62,012 bases of DNA, taken from assembly GCA_964597145.1 (NCBI GenBank), contig CAZQWH010000005.1:1-62012 (forward strand), written 5' to 3'. This document shows positions 1-9,535 of this stretch, piece by piece (within the stretch, counting starts at the first letter, position 1; each line of letters starts with the position of its first letter). The notes beneath the pieces are model-generated. The model had not been told where the DNA came from. It saw only the letters and a list, made by a program, of their open reading frames with translations, and searched no databases. The translations under genes were made by a program, and so were the position numbers. This DNA comes from an uncultured Candidatus Saccharibacteria bacterium (GTDB taxonomy: Bacteria; Patescibacteriota; CAZHWT01).

Positions 1-56
1 CAGTCTACAGTCTACAGTCTACAGTCTACAGTCTACAGTCTACAGTCTACAGTCTC
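1..56. repeat. heptamer tandem array (CAGTCTA)x7 plus one imperfect unit, cut by the window edge
   Basis: Read directly. Seven perfect units at 1-49, then CAGTCTC. A promoter-like site follows immediately. Confidence 0.95.
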
Positions 57-60
57 CCAT

Positions 61-90
61 TTTACCCTTGCTTGTTTTTTCGTGTACAAT
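61..90 (+). promoter_or_regulatory. sigma70-like promoter TTTACC-18-TACAAT
   Basis: Read directly. Lies 20 nt upstream of the ATG at 110 and directly after the CAGTCTA array. Confidence 0.4.
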
Positions 91-109
91 ATGAGTACAG
101 AATCGATTC

Positions 110-973
110 ATGCTTATGCTGTCCAGCTTATTTTCACCCTATCGACAAAAGTTCAATCAATTTCCTCTCTACCTCAAAGTCTTAGTTGTCCTTGCCTTGG
201 CTTGGTTACTGGTCGTAGCCTGGCCAATAGCGGTTGCTGTGGTATTTGGGTTAGTGGTATTCGCCACCATGCAAAGCCCACAAACCCGTTATGCGTTGGC
301 CATTGTAATGCTTGTTCCAGCCTTGGTTATGGAAGGGTATTGGGTAAATGCGCTCTGGAAAGGAGTGTCTACTTCCTCAAATCAAGCAGCGAATAAACCC
401 GGCCAAGTAGCACTAGTAGACCACAATAACCAAGTTCAAGGGGCTCAATCGCAGCAGTCTCCTCAAGTACGGGTGATGAAGGCAATTAGTGGTGATACGG
501 TAGAAGTAGATCAGCAAGGCGAACAGTTTACCATTCGCTTAATTGGGATAGAAGCTCCTCGACCAGGTGAGGGAGCAAATGCCGCCCAATGTTTTGGCGA
601 TGAATCTAAGATGTTTCTCAATAGTCTGCTCGAGAATCGAATGATTGAAGTAGTAGATGATGCGGTAGTGGGCGATTCTAATGATAATGGCCAACTATTG
701 CGCTATATTCGAATGACCGATGGAACCAAGGTAAACGAGTTAATGCTAGAAGCGGGTCTGGCTCGAGAATTAACCGAAGCTGAATATGAGCAAAAAGATA
801 TTTTCGTTGAGCTAGCCAACTCCGCCCACCAGCAAAATAAAGGCTTATGGGCCAGTTGCGCCGACAACGGTCAACCCAAAATCACCCCCACGCCTAGCGT
901 GGTAGCAACTCCTACCCCTCAACTGGATCAACCAGAGCCAACCGGAGTAACGCCAGTAGATCCAGCAGAATAA
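110..973 (+). CDS. membrane-anchored thermonuclease (SNase-like) family protein
   Basis: 287-aa ORF. Hydrophobic N-terminal helices, then an SNase-like block (GDTVEV..IRLIGIEAP..LLRYI..NELMLEAGLA..GLW). P/T-rich tail. Confidence 0.6.
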   Translation: MLMLSSLFSPYRQKFNQFPLYLKVLVVLALAWLLVVAWPIAVAVVFGLVVFATMQSPQTRYALAIVMLVPALVMEGYWVNALWKGVSTSSNQAANKPGQVALVDHNNQVQGAQSQQSPQVRVMKAISGDTVEVDQQGEQFTIRLIGIEAPRPGEGANAAQCFGDESKMFLNSLLENRMIEVVDDAVVGDSNDNGQLLRYIRMTDGTKVNELMLEAGLARELTEAEYEQKDIFVELANSAHQQNKGLWASCADNGQPKITPTPSVVATPTPQLDQPEPTGVTPVDPAE

Positions 974-980
974 CTATAAG

Positions 981-1110
981 TAGGTCGTAGTTCGTATCTC
1001 GTATTTCGTATTTTGCATCCCGCATCCCGCATCCCGCATCCTTCAGTTTCAAAACCTTTCACCTTTGCTGAACTAGACATTTCGAATCTCGCATCCCGAA
1101 TCCTGCATCC
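981..1110. repeat. two degenerate heptamer arrays between convergent genes
   Basis: 981-1043 drifts from TAGGTCG/TAGTTCG/TATCTCG/TATTTCG/TATTTTG into CATCCCG x3. 1082-1110 reads TCGAATC/TCGCATC/CCGAATC/CTGCATC. Confidence 0.9.
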
Positions 1111-1129
1111 TAGCACCGTCCATGGCCTG

Positions 1130-2032
1130 CTATTTCACTTCAACATGAGACTGATAGCACTGGATAGAGTGGTATAACTTACGCTGATCCTGCTTGCACT
1201 GCTCACAAATTAAGACTAAATCGTTGCACTGGGGATAGGCGCAATTTTCGTAGTTGTTGGTTTTAGCCTGACAGTGGATACAGTCGCCAACTATCTTAGC
1301 TTGGTGAGAGAAGTCCAGCCTCATCCGACCATCAAAGACATGCAAGCTACCTTCCCACAATCCTTTATCGCCATACGTCTCGCCATACTTTACAATCCCA
1401 CCATCTATTTGGTAAACCTCTTTAAAACCCCGGTTCTTCATCAACGAACTTAAAATTTCACAGCGAATTCCACCAGTACAATAAGTTACTACCGCTTTAT
1501 CTTTCAGTTCGTCATATTTACCACTGTCTAATTCTTTCACAAAATCACGACTAGTCCGCGTGTTTGGGATAACCGCATTTTTAAATCGACCAATTTTCGC
1601 CTCATAGGCATTACGGCCATCAAAGAAAACCACTTCCTCGCCTCGTTCATCCACTAACTTATTTACCTCAGCTGGCTTAAGATGCTTGCCACCATTAACC
1701 ACCCCATTGCGGTCAACCACAAGCTCATCAGCTGCATCAAAAGCCACAATTTCCGGGCGGACCGTAACTTTCATTCGCGGAAAATCCTCCCGTCCGCCAT
1801 CGGACCATTTAAAGACTGTATTTTTAAAGCCGGTATACCCTTCTTTGGTAGCTTTAATATATTTTTTTAAATGAGTAATTTCGCCACCCACTGTTCCATT
1901 AATGCCATGCTCAGAAATCAAGATCCGGCCGCGAAGACCAAGGCTGTCGCAGAGCGTCTTTTGCCACAACTGCATTAGGTTGGGGTCGGTTATAGGCGTA
2001 AATTTGTAATACAGTAATATTTTTTGCGGCAT
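1130..2032 (-). CDS. trhO: rhodanese-domain tRNA uridine(34) hydroxylase (UPF0176/YceA family)
   Basis: 300 aa. [21 protein letters not shown]-terminus, rhodanese active-site loop [11 protein letters not shown], Cys-rich C-terminal tail. Confidence 0.75.
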   Translation of the reverse strand: MPQKILLYYKFTPITDPNLMQLWQKTLCDSLGLRGRILISEHGINGTVGGEITHLKKYIKATKEGYTGFKNTVFKWSDGGREDFPRMKVTVRPEIVAFDAADELVVDRNGVVNGGKHLKPAEVNKLVDERGEEVVFFDGRNAYEAKIGRFKNAVIPNTRTSRDFVKELDSGKYDELKDKAVVTYCTGGIRCEILSSLMKNRGFKEVYQIDGGIVKYGETYGDKGLWEGSLHVFDGRMRLDFSHQAKIVGDCIHCQAKTNNYENCAYPQCNDLVLICEQCKQDQRKLYHSIQCYQSHVEVK

Positions 2033-2104
2033 AGTAAAATAAATTATTCGTTAGCGATTATACCAAATAGGTGAAAGTGGGTGGCCGCCTGGCCACCCTT
2101 CAGC

Positions 2105-2536
2105 TCAACCGAGCACAGGATAATACGTTTTGGAGGGTTTCATCGGAGCCGGGTGCCTGAGGCATTTCTCACCAAAGTTGCACTGACGCATAATCTGTAA
2201 GAAGATTTTCAGCAGATTATGCAGTGGCTGAATAGGATCTCTTTCCCATGGTTTTGGCCAAGGATCCACATCATCATGAAACTCAGCGTGGCAGCCAACA
2301 GCAGCCCAGAATAAATTGTGGCATACATCTGGATATGGCTGACCAGTCACCTCCTCATAAATTTCAGAAAAGACTACTTTAATCCGGTGATGACGATTAA
2401 GGAGCACTTGACCATGTCGCTTGGGGTGCTTACGAAATCGTTTACCGCAAAAGTAGCAACGGCCTCTCTCAATCGCTTCGGTAAGGTCAACGTAACGGTA
2501 TTTACCGTTAATTAAGGTTAGGGCTTTTTTCACCAC
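2105..2536 (-). CDS. hypothetical protein, possible HNH-type zinc-finger fold
   Basis: 143-aa ORF with CYFCGK..NRHHRI..CH..FH spacing that resembles an HNH motif. The similarity is weak. Confidence 0.3.
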   Translation of the reverse strand: MVKKALTLINGKYRYVDLTEAIERGRCYFCGKRFRKHPKRHGQVLLNRHHRIKVVFSEIYEEVTGQPYPDVCHNLFWAAVGCHAEFHDDVDPWPKPWERDPIQPLHNLLKIFLQIMRQCNFGEKCLRHPAPMKPSKTYYPVLG

Positions 2537-2750
2537 TCTCTCCTTGATGCAGCGAAGATGTTAAACCGGTTACCCTTGCCTGATTTAGTTGTACCCGACT
2601 AGGTTAAATATTTCAATTCCTGTTTTTATATGGTAGGTTTATGGTATGATAAGCATTAGCCGCTCCAGTCTTTGGGGCGTTTTTAATAGGCGGTTTTGAT
2701 ATAATACGGTCGAGCCAAAATAAGTATAGGTATGCGTAAGGAGTAATGTT

Positions 2751-3281
2751 ATGCAGTATGAAAAGTTAACTACTGGCCAAAAAGCCCCAGAGGTTGTTAA
2801 TGTCTTAATCGAAAACCAGCGTGGCCAAATTGGCAATAAATACGAGTTCGACAAAAAGATGGGCGTTATTATGCTAGACCGCGTAAATAATACCGAATTG
2901 GCCTATCCTGCAGATTACGGGTTTATTCCTCAGACGCTGTGCGAAGATGGTGACCCGTTAGATGCCTTGCTTGTCATTAATCACCCCGTAGCCCTAGGGG
3001 TAGTAGTTCCGTCTCGGCCAATCGGGGTATTTTATATGATCGACGATGGTGAGGCCGATGAAAAGCTCATTTGCGTAGCCGAGGACGATGTGAGCATGAA
3101 GCACGTTACCACTCTTAATGATTTAGGTGAGGAATTTAAAAAACGGGTTGAACACTTCTTTACCCATTACAAAGATTGGAAAAACGACTGGCAAGGAGTT
3201 GCCTTCGAGCACAAAGGCTGGGGGGATGCGTCACAAGCTAAACAAGTAGTTGAGGAATCCATTAAACGGGCAAAGAGCTAG
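2751..3281 (+). CDS. ppa: inorganic pyrophosphatase (family I)
   Basis: 176 aa with YEFDKKMG, DYGFIPQTLCEDGDPLDALLV and MIDDGEADEKL metal-binding motifs. Confidence 0.85.
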   Translation: MQYEKLTTGQKAPEVVNVLIENQRGQIGNKYEFDKKMGVIMLDRVNNTELAYPADYGFIPQTLCEDGDPLDALLVINHPVALGVVVPSRPIGVFYMIDDGEADEKLICVAEDDVSMKHVTTLNDLGEEFKKRVEHFFTHYKDWKNDWQGVAFEHKGWGDASQAKQVVEESIKRAKS

Positions 3282-3347
3282 TTGAGAAGCGCTTGTATAG
3301 GCCATATTTTGTATATCAAGGTTAGGTTTTAGACTTAGCCTCTCTCA

Positions 3348-3410
3348 TAGTATCGTCTTGTTGTATCTTGTATTCTGTCTTTGGTCTAGAGTCTAAAGTC
3401 TGTAGTCGAC
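3348..3410. repeat. degenerate heptamer array
   Basis: TAGTATC GTCTTGT TGTATCT TGTATTC TGTCTTT GGTCTAG AGTCTAA AGTCTGT AGTCGAC. Confidence 0.8.
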
Positions 3411-3416
3411 CGCATC

Positions 3417-3531
3417 GTCATTGCGAAGCCGTTCGGCTCTAAAGACTCAAGCCTCATTGCCCATTCGACGGTCTCAAGCTCATGGTCGAAGGATCAGGCT
3501 CGAATGAGGAGTGCTAGCGACTGTGGCAATC
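3417..3531 (+). repeat. GTCATTGCGA...GGCAATC hairpin module carrying nested inserts
   Basis: The ends match the 32-nt module at 59591-59622. The interior matches the 81-84-nt versions at 27837-27920 and 51151-51231, plus an extra insert of about 35 nt. Confidence 0.8.
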
Positions 3532-3592
3532 TACCTGCTTCACCGGCAGCTCAGCATCCCGTATTCCAGCCATCTCGCAATCCCGCAACCCC

Positions 3593-3621
3593 TTGACTTC
3601 CATCTAAATTAGATTCATAAT
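3593..3621 (+). promoter_or_regulatory. sigma70-like promoter TTGACT-17-CATAAT upstream of radC
   Basis: Read directly. Confidence 0.45.
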
Positions 3622-3648
3622 ACCGAAAATAACCCGAAAGGAACTGCA

Positions 3649-4341
3649 ATGTCGAGTATCCTAACTTTGCATGACCTGCCCCATGCCGACCGACCCCGTG
3701 AGCGTCTCGTAAACCACGGTGTACAATCGTTATCTTCGGTTGAAGTCTTGGCGATTATTGTAGGTATGGGCGTGCAAGGAGAACCGGTCGTAAAGCTGGC
3801 CGAGCGATTACTGGCGCAGTTTGGTTCAATACAAGGGATTGCCCAAGCCTCAATGGCCGATTTAATGAGCCTTAAGGGGATTGGGATGGCTAAGGCATGC
3901 CAAATCCAAGCTTGTGCCGAGATGGCCCGTCGTATGCTGCAACCAACGGTTAACACTACCCCAACAACCAAAATTACTTCTCCAAAGACCATACACTCCT
4001 TAGTCAAGAGCCATATCACCGACCCATACAAAGAGCATTATGTGCTCGTATCGCTAGATGTGCGCAGTCACCTGTTGGGGATAGATGTGGTTTCAGTTGG
4101 CATTCTAGATGCTGCCTTAGTCCATCCCCGGGAGACATTTGCCGCAGCCATCCGTCGCCACGCTGCTAAAGTAATTCTCAGTCATAACCATCCATCAGGT
4201 GAGGTAAACCCCTCAGACGACGATCTGGTTATCACCAAACGCTTGGCGACTGCTGGTAAAATCCTAGGTATTACCGTGGTTGATCATGTTATTGTGACAG
4301 ATGAAAAATTTTATAGCCTACAGGCTCAAGGACAGATGTAA
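3649..4341 (+). CDS. radC: RadC-family JAB-domain protein
   Basis: 230 aa. C-terminal JAMM-like ILSHNHPSGEVNPSDDD motif and an HhH-like middle region (LKGIGMAKA). Confidence 0.8.
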   Translation: MSSILTLHDLPHADRPRERLVNHGVQSLSSVEVLAIIVGMGVQGEPVVKLAERLLAQFGSIQGIAQASMADLMSLKGIGMAKACQIQACAEMARRMLQPTVNTTPTTKITSPKTIHSLVKSHITDPYKEHYVLVSLDVRSHLLGIDVVSVGILDAALVHPRETFAAAIRRHAAKVILSHNHPSGEVNPSDDDLVITKRLATAGKILGITVVDHVIVTDEKFYSLQAQGQM

Positions 4342-4403
4342 CTACCTCAGGGCTCGCCTAAAGGATGACCATCCTCCAGACGGCAAAAGGCAAAACTCAT
4401 TCA

Positions 4404-4466
4404 GGAATACAGAATACAGGATACAGGATACTAAATACTAAATACAAAATACGAAATACGAAATAC
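4404..4466. repeat. heptamer array, 9 units NNNATAC
   Basis: GGAATAC AGAATAC AGGATAC x2 TAAATAC x2 AAAATAC GAAATAC x2. Confidence 0.9.
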
Positions 4467-4467
4467 G

Positions 4468-4566
4468 AAACAAATCATAAACAAAACCCGTCCACCATGC
4501 GAGCCACAACCAGCCTTGCGGACAGGAATCACAAAATACCAACCCCATAACCAATCTCCAACCTCC
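4468..4566 (-). repeat. 99-nt conserved core, copy 1 (candidate sRNA or MITE core)
   Basis: Its reverse complement aligns along the full length with 12210-12308 and 21087-21185, with only a handful of mismatches by eye. Confidence 0.85.
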
Positions 4567-4594
4567 GATATACGATATACGACATACGAAATAC
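4567..4594. repeat. heptamer array GATATAC x2 GACATAC GAAATAC
   Basis: Read directly. Abuts the core. Confidence 0.85.
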
Positions 4595-4605
4595 GAACCC
4601 CTCCC

Positions 4606-4656
4606 GTCATCGCGCCCGTCCGCCTCTGGCGGAGGCGTAGCCGGAGAGATAGAATC
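4606..4656 (+). repeat. GTCAT...GATAGAATC hairpin module variant
   Basis: GTCATCGCGCCCGTCCGCCTCTGGCGGAGGCGTAGCCGGAGAGATAGAATC. Its 3' half matches the module at 12424-12460. Confidence 0.7.
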
Positions 4657-4811
4657 CCCTCTACAGTCCACGATCCACGCCCCAAGCAACAGCACCAGGT
4701 AAGCTGTACGTAGCCGAGGCGGGCATGATAAACTAAAGAAGCGACTGATAACAGTCAATAGTAAATGACATAGATGTTCTGAGCGAACATACTAAAAGGG
4801 AGTAAGTAGTT

Positions 4812-5309
4812 ATGGGAATTTTTGGTAATTTATTTGGTGGCGAAAAGCCAGCTGATAGTTTGAGCGATCGAGATAAACAAATGGCAGGTATGCCCAATCC
4901 CGAGTCAGCCCCACAAAGCCCTGCAAATTCCGAGGGCGAAGTGGATTTTCTTAATCATCCTGCCGGCGCTGCCCAATCAGCTGAATCTGCGCCAGCTGCT
5001 GCTCCCGAGCAATCTACCCCCCAGCCAGAGGCCGCGGCCAATCCACCTGCGGTAACCGCCTCAGCCGAAGTGAATCCTAGCGACGCCGATGTAGAACAGG
5101 TGGTTAATACGGTTAATCAGCAACTGGAAGGCACAGGCTTTAAATCAAGCGAGTCGGTAATTATCCAACCCAGCACAGATGTCTCACCCGAATCAACAAC
5201 CCCAACCCAACCTGAATCTTTGGAAACAACCACTCCTGCAGCGGAGTCTGCTCCCGTTGCGCCAGAGCAGCCAATCCAGCCAGGCAATGAAAAACCCGAA
5301 GCTGGTTAA
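4812..5309 (+). CDS. hypothetical low-complexity (P/A/E/S-rich) protein
   Basis: 165-aa ORF with an upstream GGGAG RBS. No recognisable domain. Confidence 0.4.
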   Translation: MGIFGNLFGGEKPADSLSDRDKQMAGMPNPESAPQSPANSEGEVDFLNHPAGAAQSAESAPAAAPEQSTPQPEAAANPPAVTASAEVNPSDADVEQVVNTVNQQLEGTGFKSSESVIIQPSTDVSPESTTPTQPESLETTTPAAESAPVAPEQPIQPGNEKPEAG

Positions 5310-5374
5310 GAATAGTAGAGAATGTTTCGGTGCCGAGTACCATCTTTCTGAAGTCTGATTACTGAACGATTTTT

Positions 5375-5400
5375 GTCATTCCTGTCTACGCAGGAATGAC
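5375..5400. repeat. perfect hairpin GTCATTCCTG-tctacg-CAGGAATGAC
   Basis: 10-bp perfect inverted repeat, a member of the GTCAT hairpin family. Lies between the 4812-5309 ORF and the helicase gene. Confidence 0.85.
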
Positions 5401-5438
5401 ATGTGTTAAAATCTCCTCTAAGAACGAAGAACTAACTC

Positions 5439-8400
5439 ATGGATGCCGAAGCCCAATTTCTAGAACGATATCAAAAATTAAATGACCAACAACGCCAAGC
5501 TGTCGATGCCTTAGATGGACCTGTATTGGTGGTGGCTGGACCCGGCTCAGGAAAAACTGAGCTGTTAAGTCTACGTGTGGCTAATATTTTACGACAAAAA
5601 GATCTCGCTCCGGGAAACATCCTGTGCCTGACTTTTACTGAGGCAGCCGCTACTAATATGCGGCAGCGCTTAGCCGGACTGGTTGGCCCCCTAGCCTACC
5701 GTGTTGCTATCCATACCTTTCATAGCTTTAGTACCGAAGTCATTAATCGGTATCCCGAATACTTTTATAGCGGAGCGTCCTTCCAGCCAGCTGATGAGTT
5801 AACCCAACTCGAGTTATTATCAGAAGTGTTTGCCACATTACCGTATAATAATCCACTATCTTCCAAGCATGAGCAAGAGTTTACCTATCTTCGCGATACC
5901 CAACGAGCCATCGGCGATTTGAAAAAAGCTGGATTAACCCCTAAGCAGTTTGAGAACATCTTAATTGCTAACCAAAAAGCGATGGAGGCAATCGTGGATT
6001 GGTTCGATCCAGTGTTTGGTCAACGTATCGGTAAGCAAACATTGCCAGCAGCTCAAAGCTTGGTTGAGCAATTAGCCCAAGCCGCTCAGAACACTGCGGG
6101 TCAGCCCGAGCCCGAAACAGTCCTCGGCCAACCCGAGTCAATCGTTCGTCAACTAGGTAAATCGCTGGCAATTGCGGTGGCGGAAGCCGAAGTCAGCCAT
6201 AAAACTGCACCACTGTCGGAGTGGAAAGCCAAATTCCTAACCAAAAACTCTAGCGGAGTATTCGTACCTAAGGATTATGTCGTATTTCCCAAGATGCAAT
6301 CCCTGCAAGCAATATATGACCAATATCGGCAAAGCATGCATCAGCAAGGCTACTTCGACTTTGATGATATGTTGTTGGATGTGCTGCAAGCCTTAACTGA
6401 GCATCCTGACTTGCGGTTTGCCATTCAGGAACAATATCAATATGTACTCGTCGATGAATTTCAAGATACCAATGATGCGCAATTGAGACTGGTCGGTTAT
6501 ATTACGGACGCACCTGTATACGAAGGCCGTCCCAATATTTTGGCCGTAGGTGATGATGACCAGGCAATATATAAGTTTCAGGGAGCTAAGATCTCCAATA
6601 TCCACCAATTTAATCAACACTATACCGGTGTCAATCAAATTGTACTAACTAAAAACTACCGGTCTGGAGCAGATATTTTGGCAATTGCCCGACAGGTGAT
6701 ACTTCAGGGTGAAGATAGGTTGGAAAATTACTATGCTGACATTAATAAAGAATTGGAAGCGGCCGGTGAGATCGGATCTGGTCGAGTAGCCTTTACGGCT
6801 TGCGATACGCGTGAACATGAATTCTACACCGTATCCCAACAAATCGCTCAACAAATTAAGAGCGGAGTTAGCCCGAATGAAATTGCTATAATTGCCCGCC
6901 GCCACAAGGATTTAGAAGATATCTCCGCATACCTAGAGAATCAGGGAGTACCAGTGCGGTACGACCGCCAGCGGAATGTACTACTGGAGCCGCATATTCA
7001 TCAGCTCGTTACCATAGCGCGCTTTGTACACCAAATGGCCCGGCACAATGCCGCAGAGGCCGATGAATTGTTGCCGGAAATTCTCAGCTATCCCTTCTGG
7101 GGATTAGATCGGGATACAGTCTGGGAGCTATCAGTTAAAGCCTCACAGGCCAATAAGCCGTCAGAACGGTTATGGGTATATCAAATGGAGCAGTCCAGCC
7201 AGAAGCAGCTACCGATTATTGCTGCCTGGTTTAAACAACTACGCAATTTAGCAGAGTCTGAACCATTAGAGAGTATGTTGGAAAAGCTGATTGGGGCGCA
7301 CACACCATTGCTGCCCATCGATATGGATGCCGATGATAGCACCTGGATGCAAGACCGGCCGCGGGTAAATGGCTATACTTCGCCATTTAAAGAGTATTAT
7401 TTCGACGAGCTTAAGCGTCAATCGGAACGAAGTCAGTATATTAGCTTCCTGTCTAGCCTCCAAGTGTTTATTACAGCCTTGCGGGCTTATAAACCAGGGC
7501 GACCACTCAAGTTGGAAGACGTAATTAATTTTGTCGATGTACATCAGGCCAATAACTTACCCGTTACCGATACCACGGTGTACGCCAGTGGAGAAAAAGC
7601 CGTGCAGCTGGTAACAGCCCACGGCGCTAAAGGCTTAGAATTTCCTTACGTCTACATACTTTCTTGTCAAAAATCAGTTTGGACTCCGGCAGCCAGGGGT
7701 AATAAGTTAGCTTTTCCCAGTAACTTACCCATTAGTTCCGAAGCCGACGATCGGGATGATATGTTGCGCATCTTCTACGTTGCTCTCACCCGTGCTCAGC
7801 GGGGATTATTCCTCAGCAACTATCGTTATGACGCTAAGGGTAAAGAAGTGGAAGGCTTGGAGTTTATTGCGGGAATTGAGTTGGAGTTGGCTCCAGTTGA
7901 GTCAGCCACATCGCAGTCGGAGCTAATTCTCTCTACAACATGGGAAACCTATCACCGCCCCCCATTGGTAGCCAGCGAAAAAGCTTTGCTCTTGCCACTC
8001 GTAGAGGATTACCAACTTAGCGTTACTCATCTCAATGACTTTTTAGATGTTACTCGAGGTGGCCCGCAGTCAGTATTGGAACAGCACTTGTTGCGATTTC
8101 CCCAGCCTTCAACTCTGGCCCAGGCATACGGAACAGCGGTTCATCGGTCTTTACAAGAGTTCTTTCAGCAATTTAAATATGATGCAGTATTGCCAGCACT
8201 AGAGTACTTATTACAAGCCCTACATCGGGCACTAACTCATGAACGATTAGCCGAGTCAGACTTTGAGCAATTGTGGCAACGAGGGCAAAGCGAGCTAACA
8301 CTTTACTATGAAAGTAAAAGTAGTAGCTTTGGATTGCAAGATATCGTCGAGCGCAACTTTAACTCGCAACAGGTAGTAGTAGGATCAGCCCATTTAACCG

Positions 8401-8816
8401 GTAAAATTGACCGGATTGTAGAAGTTGCCAAAGGTCGAGTAAGTGTTCACGATATTAAGACGGGTAAACCCTCAGCTAGCTGGAGCGGAGGAGACGCTAA
8501 CCAAAAAATAAAGCTCGATAAATATCGACGTCAGTTGTTATTCTATAAATTACTGGTAGAACACTCTCGCGACTACAGCAACTTGCAGGTCGTGTCGGGT
8601 ATCTTGGAATTTATTGAAGATTTAGATGGAAAATTCATTGAGCTTTCCTTGCCATTAGACGGATTAGATAAAGATGAGCTCGAGCGGTTAAAGTTGCTGA
8701 TAAATGCAGTTTATATTCATATCCAGCAGCTAAATTTCCCAGAAATTAGTGGATACTCTTCAGATATATCGGGAATGCGCCAATTTGAAGATGATCTAAT
8801 TGAAGGTAAGATTTAA
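5439..8816 (+). CDS. UvrD/PcrA-type helicase fused to a C-terminal PD-(D/E)xK (RecB/AddB-like) nuclease domain
   Basis: 1125 aa. Walker A VVAGPGSGKTE, motif II VLVDEFQDTN, VTAHGAKGLEF, YVALTRA. C-terminal GKIDRI..VHDIKTGK nuclease-like motif. Confidence 0.75.
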   Translation: MDAEAQFLERYQKLNDQQRQAVDALDGPVLVVAGPGSGKTELLSLRVANILRQKDLAPGNILCLTFTEAAATNMRQRLAGLVGPLAYRVAIHTFHSFSTEVINRYPEYFYSGASFQPADELTQLELLSEVFATLPYNNPLSSKHEQEFTYLRDTQRAIGDLKKAGLTPKQFENILIANQKAMEAIVDWFDPVFGQRIGKQTLPAAQSLVEQLAQAAQNTAGQPEPETVLGQPESIVRQLGKSLAIAVAEAEVSHKTAPLSEWKAKFLTKNSSGVFVPKDYVVFPKMQSLQAIYDQYRQSMHQQGYFDFDDMLLDVLQALTEHPDLRFAIQEQYQYVLVDEFQDTNDAQLRLVGYITDAPVYEGRPNILAVGDDDQAIYKFQGAKISNIHQFNQHYTGVNQIVLTKNYRSGADILAIARQVILQGEDRLENYYADINKELEAAGEIGSGRVAFTACDTREHEFYTVSQQIAQQIKSGVSPNEIAIIARRHKDLEDISAYLENQGVPVRYDRQRNVLLEPHIHQLVTIARFVHQMARHNAAEADELLPEILSYPFWGLDRDTVWELSVKASQANKPSERLWVYQMEQSSQKQLPIIAAWFKQLRNLAESEPLESMLEKLIGAHTPLLPIDMDADDSTWMQDRPRVNGYTSPFKEYYFDELKRQSERSQYISFLSSLQVFITALRAYKPGRPLKLEDVINFVDVHQANNLPVTDTTVYASGEKAVQLVTAHGAKGLEFPYVYILSCQKSVWTPAARGNKLAFPSNLPISSEADDRDDMLRIFYVALTRAQRGLFLSNYRYDAKGKEVEGLEFIAGIELELAPVESATSQSELILSTTWETYHRPPLVASEKALLLPLVEDYQLSVTHLNDFLDVTRGGPQSVLEQHLLRFPQPSTLAQAYGTAVHRSLQEFFQQFKYDAVLPALEYLLQALHRALTHERLAESDFEQLWQRGQSELTLYYESKSSSFGLQDIVERNFNSQQVVVGSAHLTGKIDRIVEVAKGRVSVHDIKTGKPSASWSGGDANQKIKLDKYRRQLLFYKLLVEHSRDYSNLQVVSGILEFIEDLDGKFIELSLPLDGLDKDELERLKLLINAVYIHIQQLNFPEISGYSSDISGMRQFEDDLIEGKI

Positions 8817-8839
8817 GGTCTGCCAGTAAATAACAGACA

Positions 8840-9535
8840 TCAGGAAACCTTCAATAACATTTTTAATCTATCCCAGATGGTAAGAGGATAAACAATCTGG
8901 TGAATCTCGTTAGCTAATAGGCTGTAACCTTGCCGGCTAAGGTGAAGACCATCTTTAGCCAAGAGCTGTTCTCGACCACTAGTCTGGTTTTTTGCCGCAG
9001 CATTGAGGAGGCTCCTGGCATCCAGTACCTCAAATCCATGGTTAGCACAAATCGTCTCCAGTAATTGGTTCGCTTCGGCCACAAAAGATCGAGTTCGAGG
9101 ATGTTCTCGGTGGTAAGGATTGTAAAGATTAATAAACAACACTTTGGTAGTTGGCGAAGTGTTTTGGGTAATAAGTTTAGCCAACTCATTCCAATTGTTG
9201 GTCAAGGTAGTCAAGGCTATACGCATTCGCTTCTCGCGCAAAAGGCGAGGGGTGGCTCGGTGGCCGTAGAGCCGCCAAGTGAGCCGTAAGTCGTTGCCAC
9301 CAATATTAACCGTAATAAGCTGAGCGAGCTTAAACTGGTCACGGTATTGGCTCTGTTTGCGCACTAATTGGGTGCTCGTTTGTCCGTTAGTAGCAAATAG
9401 CTGCAATGCTGTTGGCCGATGTTGTTCTAAAAGCGGCAGAAGCTGCTGCGGATACCCCCAGCCATTGCCCCCTACACCATTAGCCAGCGAGTCGCCCAGG
9501 GCAACGTAGTGAAATAATTTAGTTGATTGGGTCAT
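8840..9535 (-). CDS. SGNH/GDSL hydrolase family protein
   Basis: Start trimmed to the ATG at 9535 (MTQSTKL), because the upstream part of the ORF covers a hairpin. Motifs ALGDSLANG, NIGGNDL, DGLHLS. Confidence 0.65.
   Translation of the reverse strand: MTQSTKLFHYVALGDSLANGVGGNGWGYPQQLLPLLEQHRPTALQLFATNGQTSTQLVRKQSQYRDQFKLAQLITVNIGGNDLRLTWRLYGHRATPRLLREKRMRIALTTLTNNWNELAKLITQNTSPTTKVLFINLYNPYHREHPRTRSFVAEANQLLETICANHGFEVLDARSLLNAAAKNQTSGREQLLAKDGLHLSRQGYSLLANEIHQIVYPLTIWDRLKMLLKVS

Larger units (their letters stand above)
4391..4656 (-). mobile_element. composite non-coding repeat element (end motif, heptamers, 99-nt core, heptamers, hairpin)
   Basis: By eye it is colinear, in reverse orientation, with 20941-21248. 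It starts with CAAAACTCATTCAGGAATAC, as do 11987 and 27637. Confidence 0.4.

Noticed and set aside
2079-2098. The hairpin GGGTGGCC-gcct-GGCCACCC between two minus-strand genes could be a terminator.
   Set aside because: It is not followed by a convincing T-run on the minus strand. It was left unannotated as too weak.
4365-4758. ORF-track ORFs overlap the repeat regions: 4365-4550, 4431-4685, 4438-4758, 4516-4713, 928-1116, 21106-21432, 27915-28157, 27950-28153, 50720-50977, 48441-48650 and 52789-53028.
   Set aside because: Their translations are just read-through of heptamer arrays and hairpin modules (for example QSTVHSPQSTVHSP and SGIWYLVSGIWYLV). They occur on both strands and in several frames, and they lack ribosome-binding sites.
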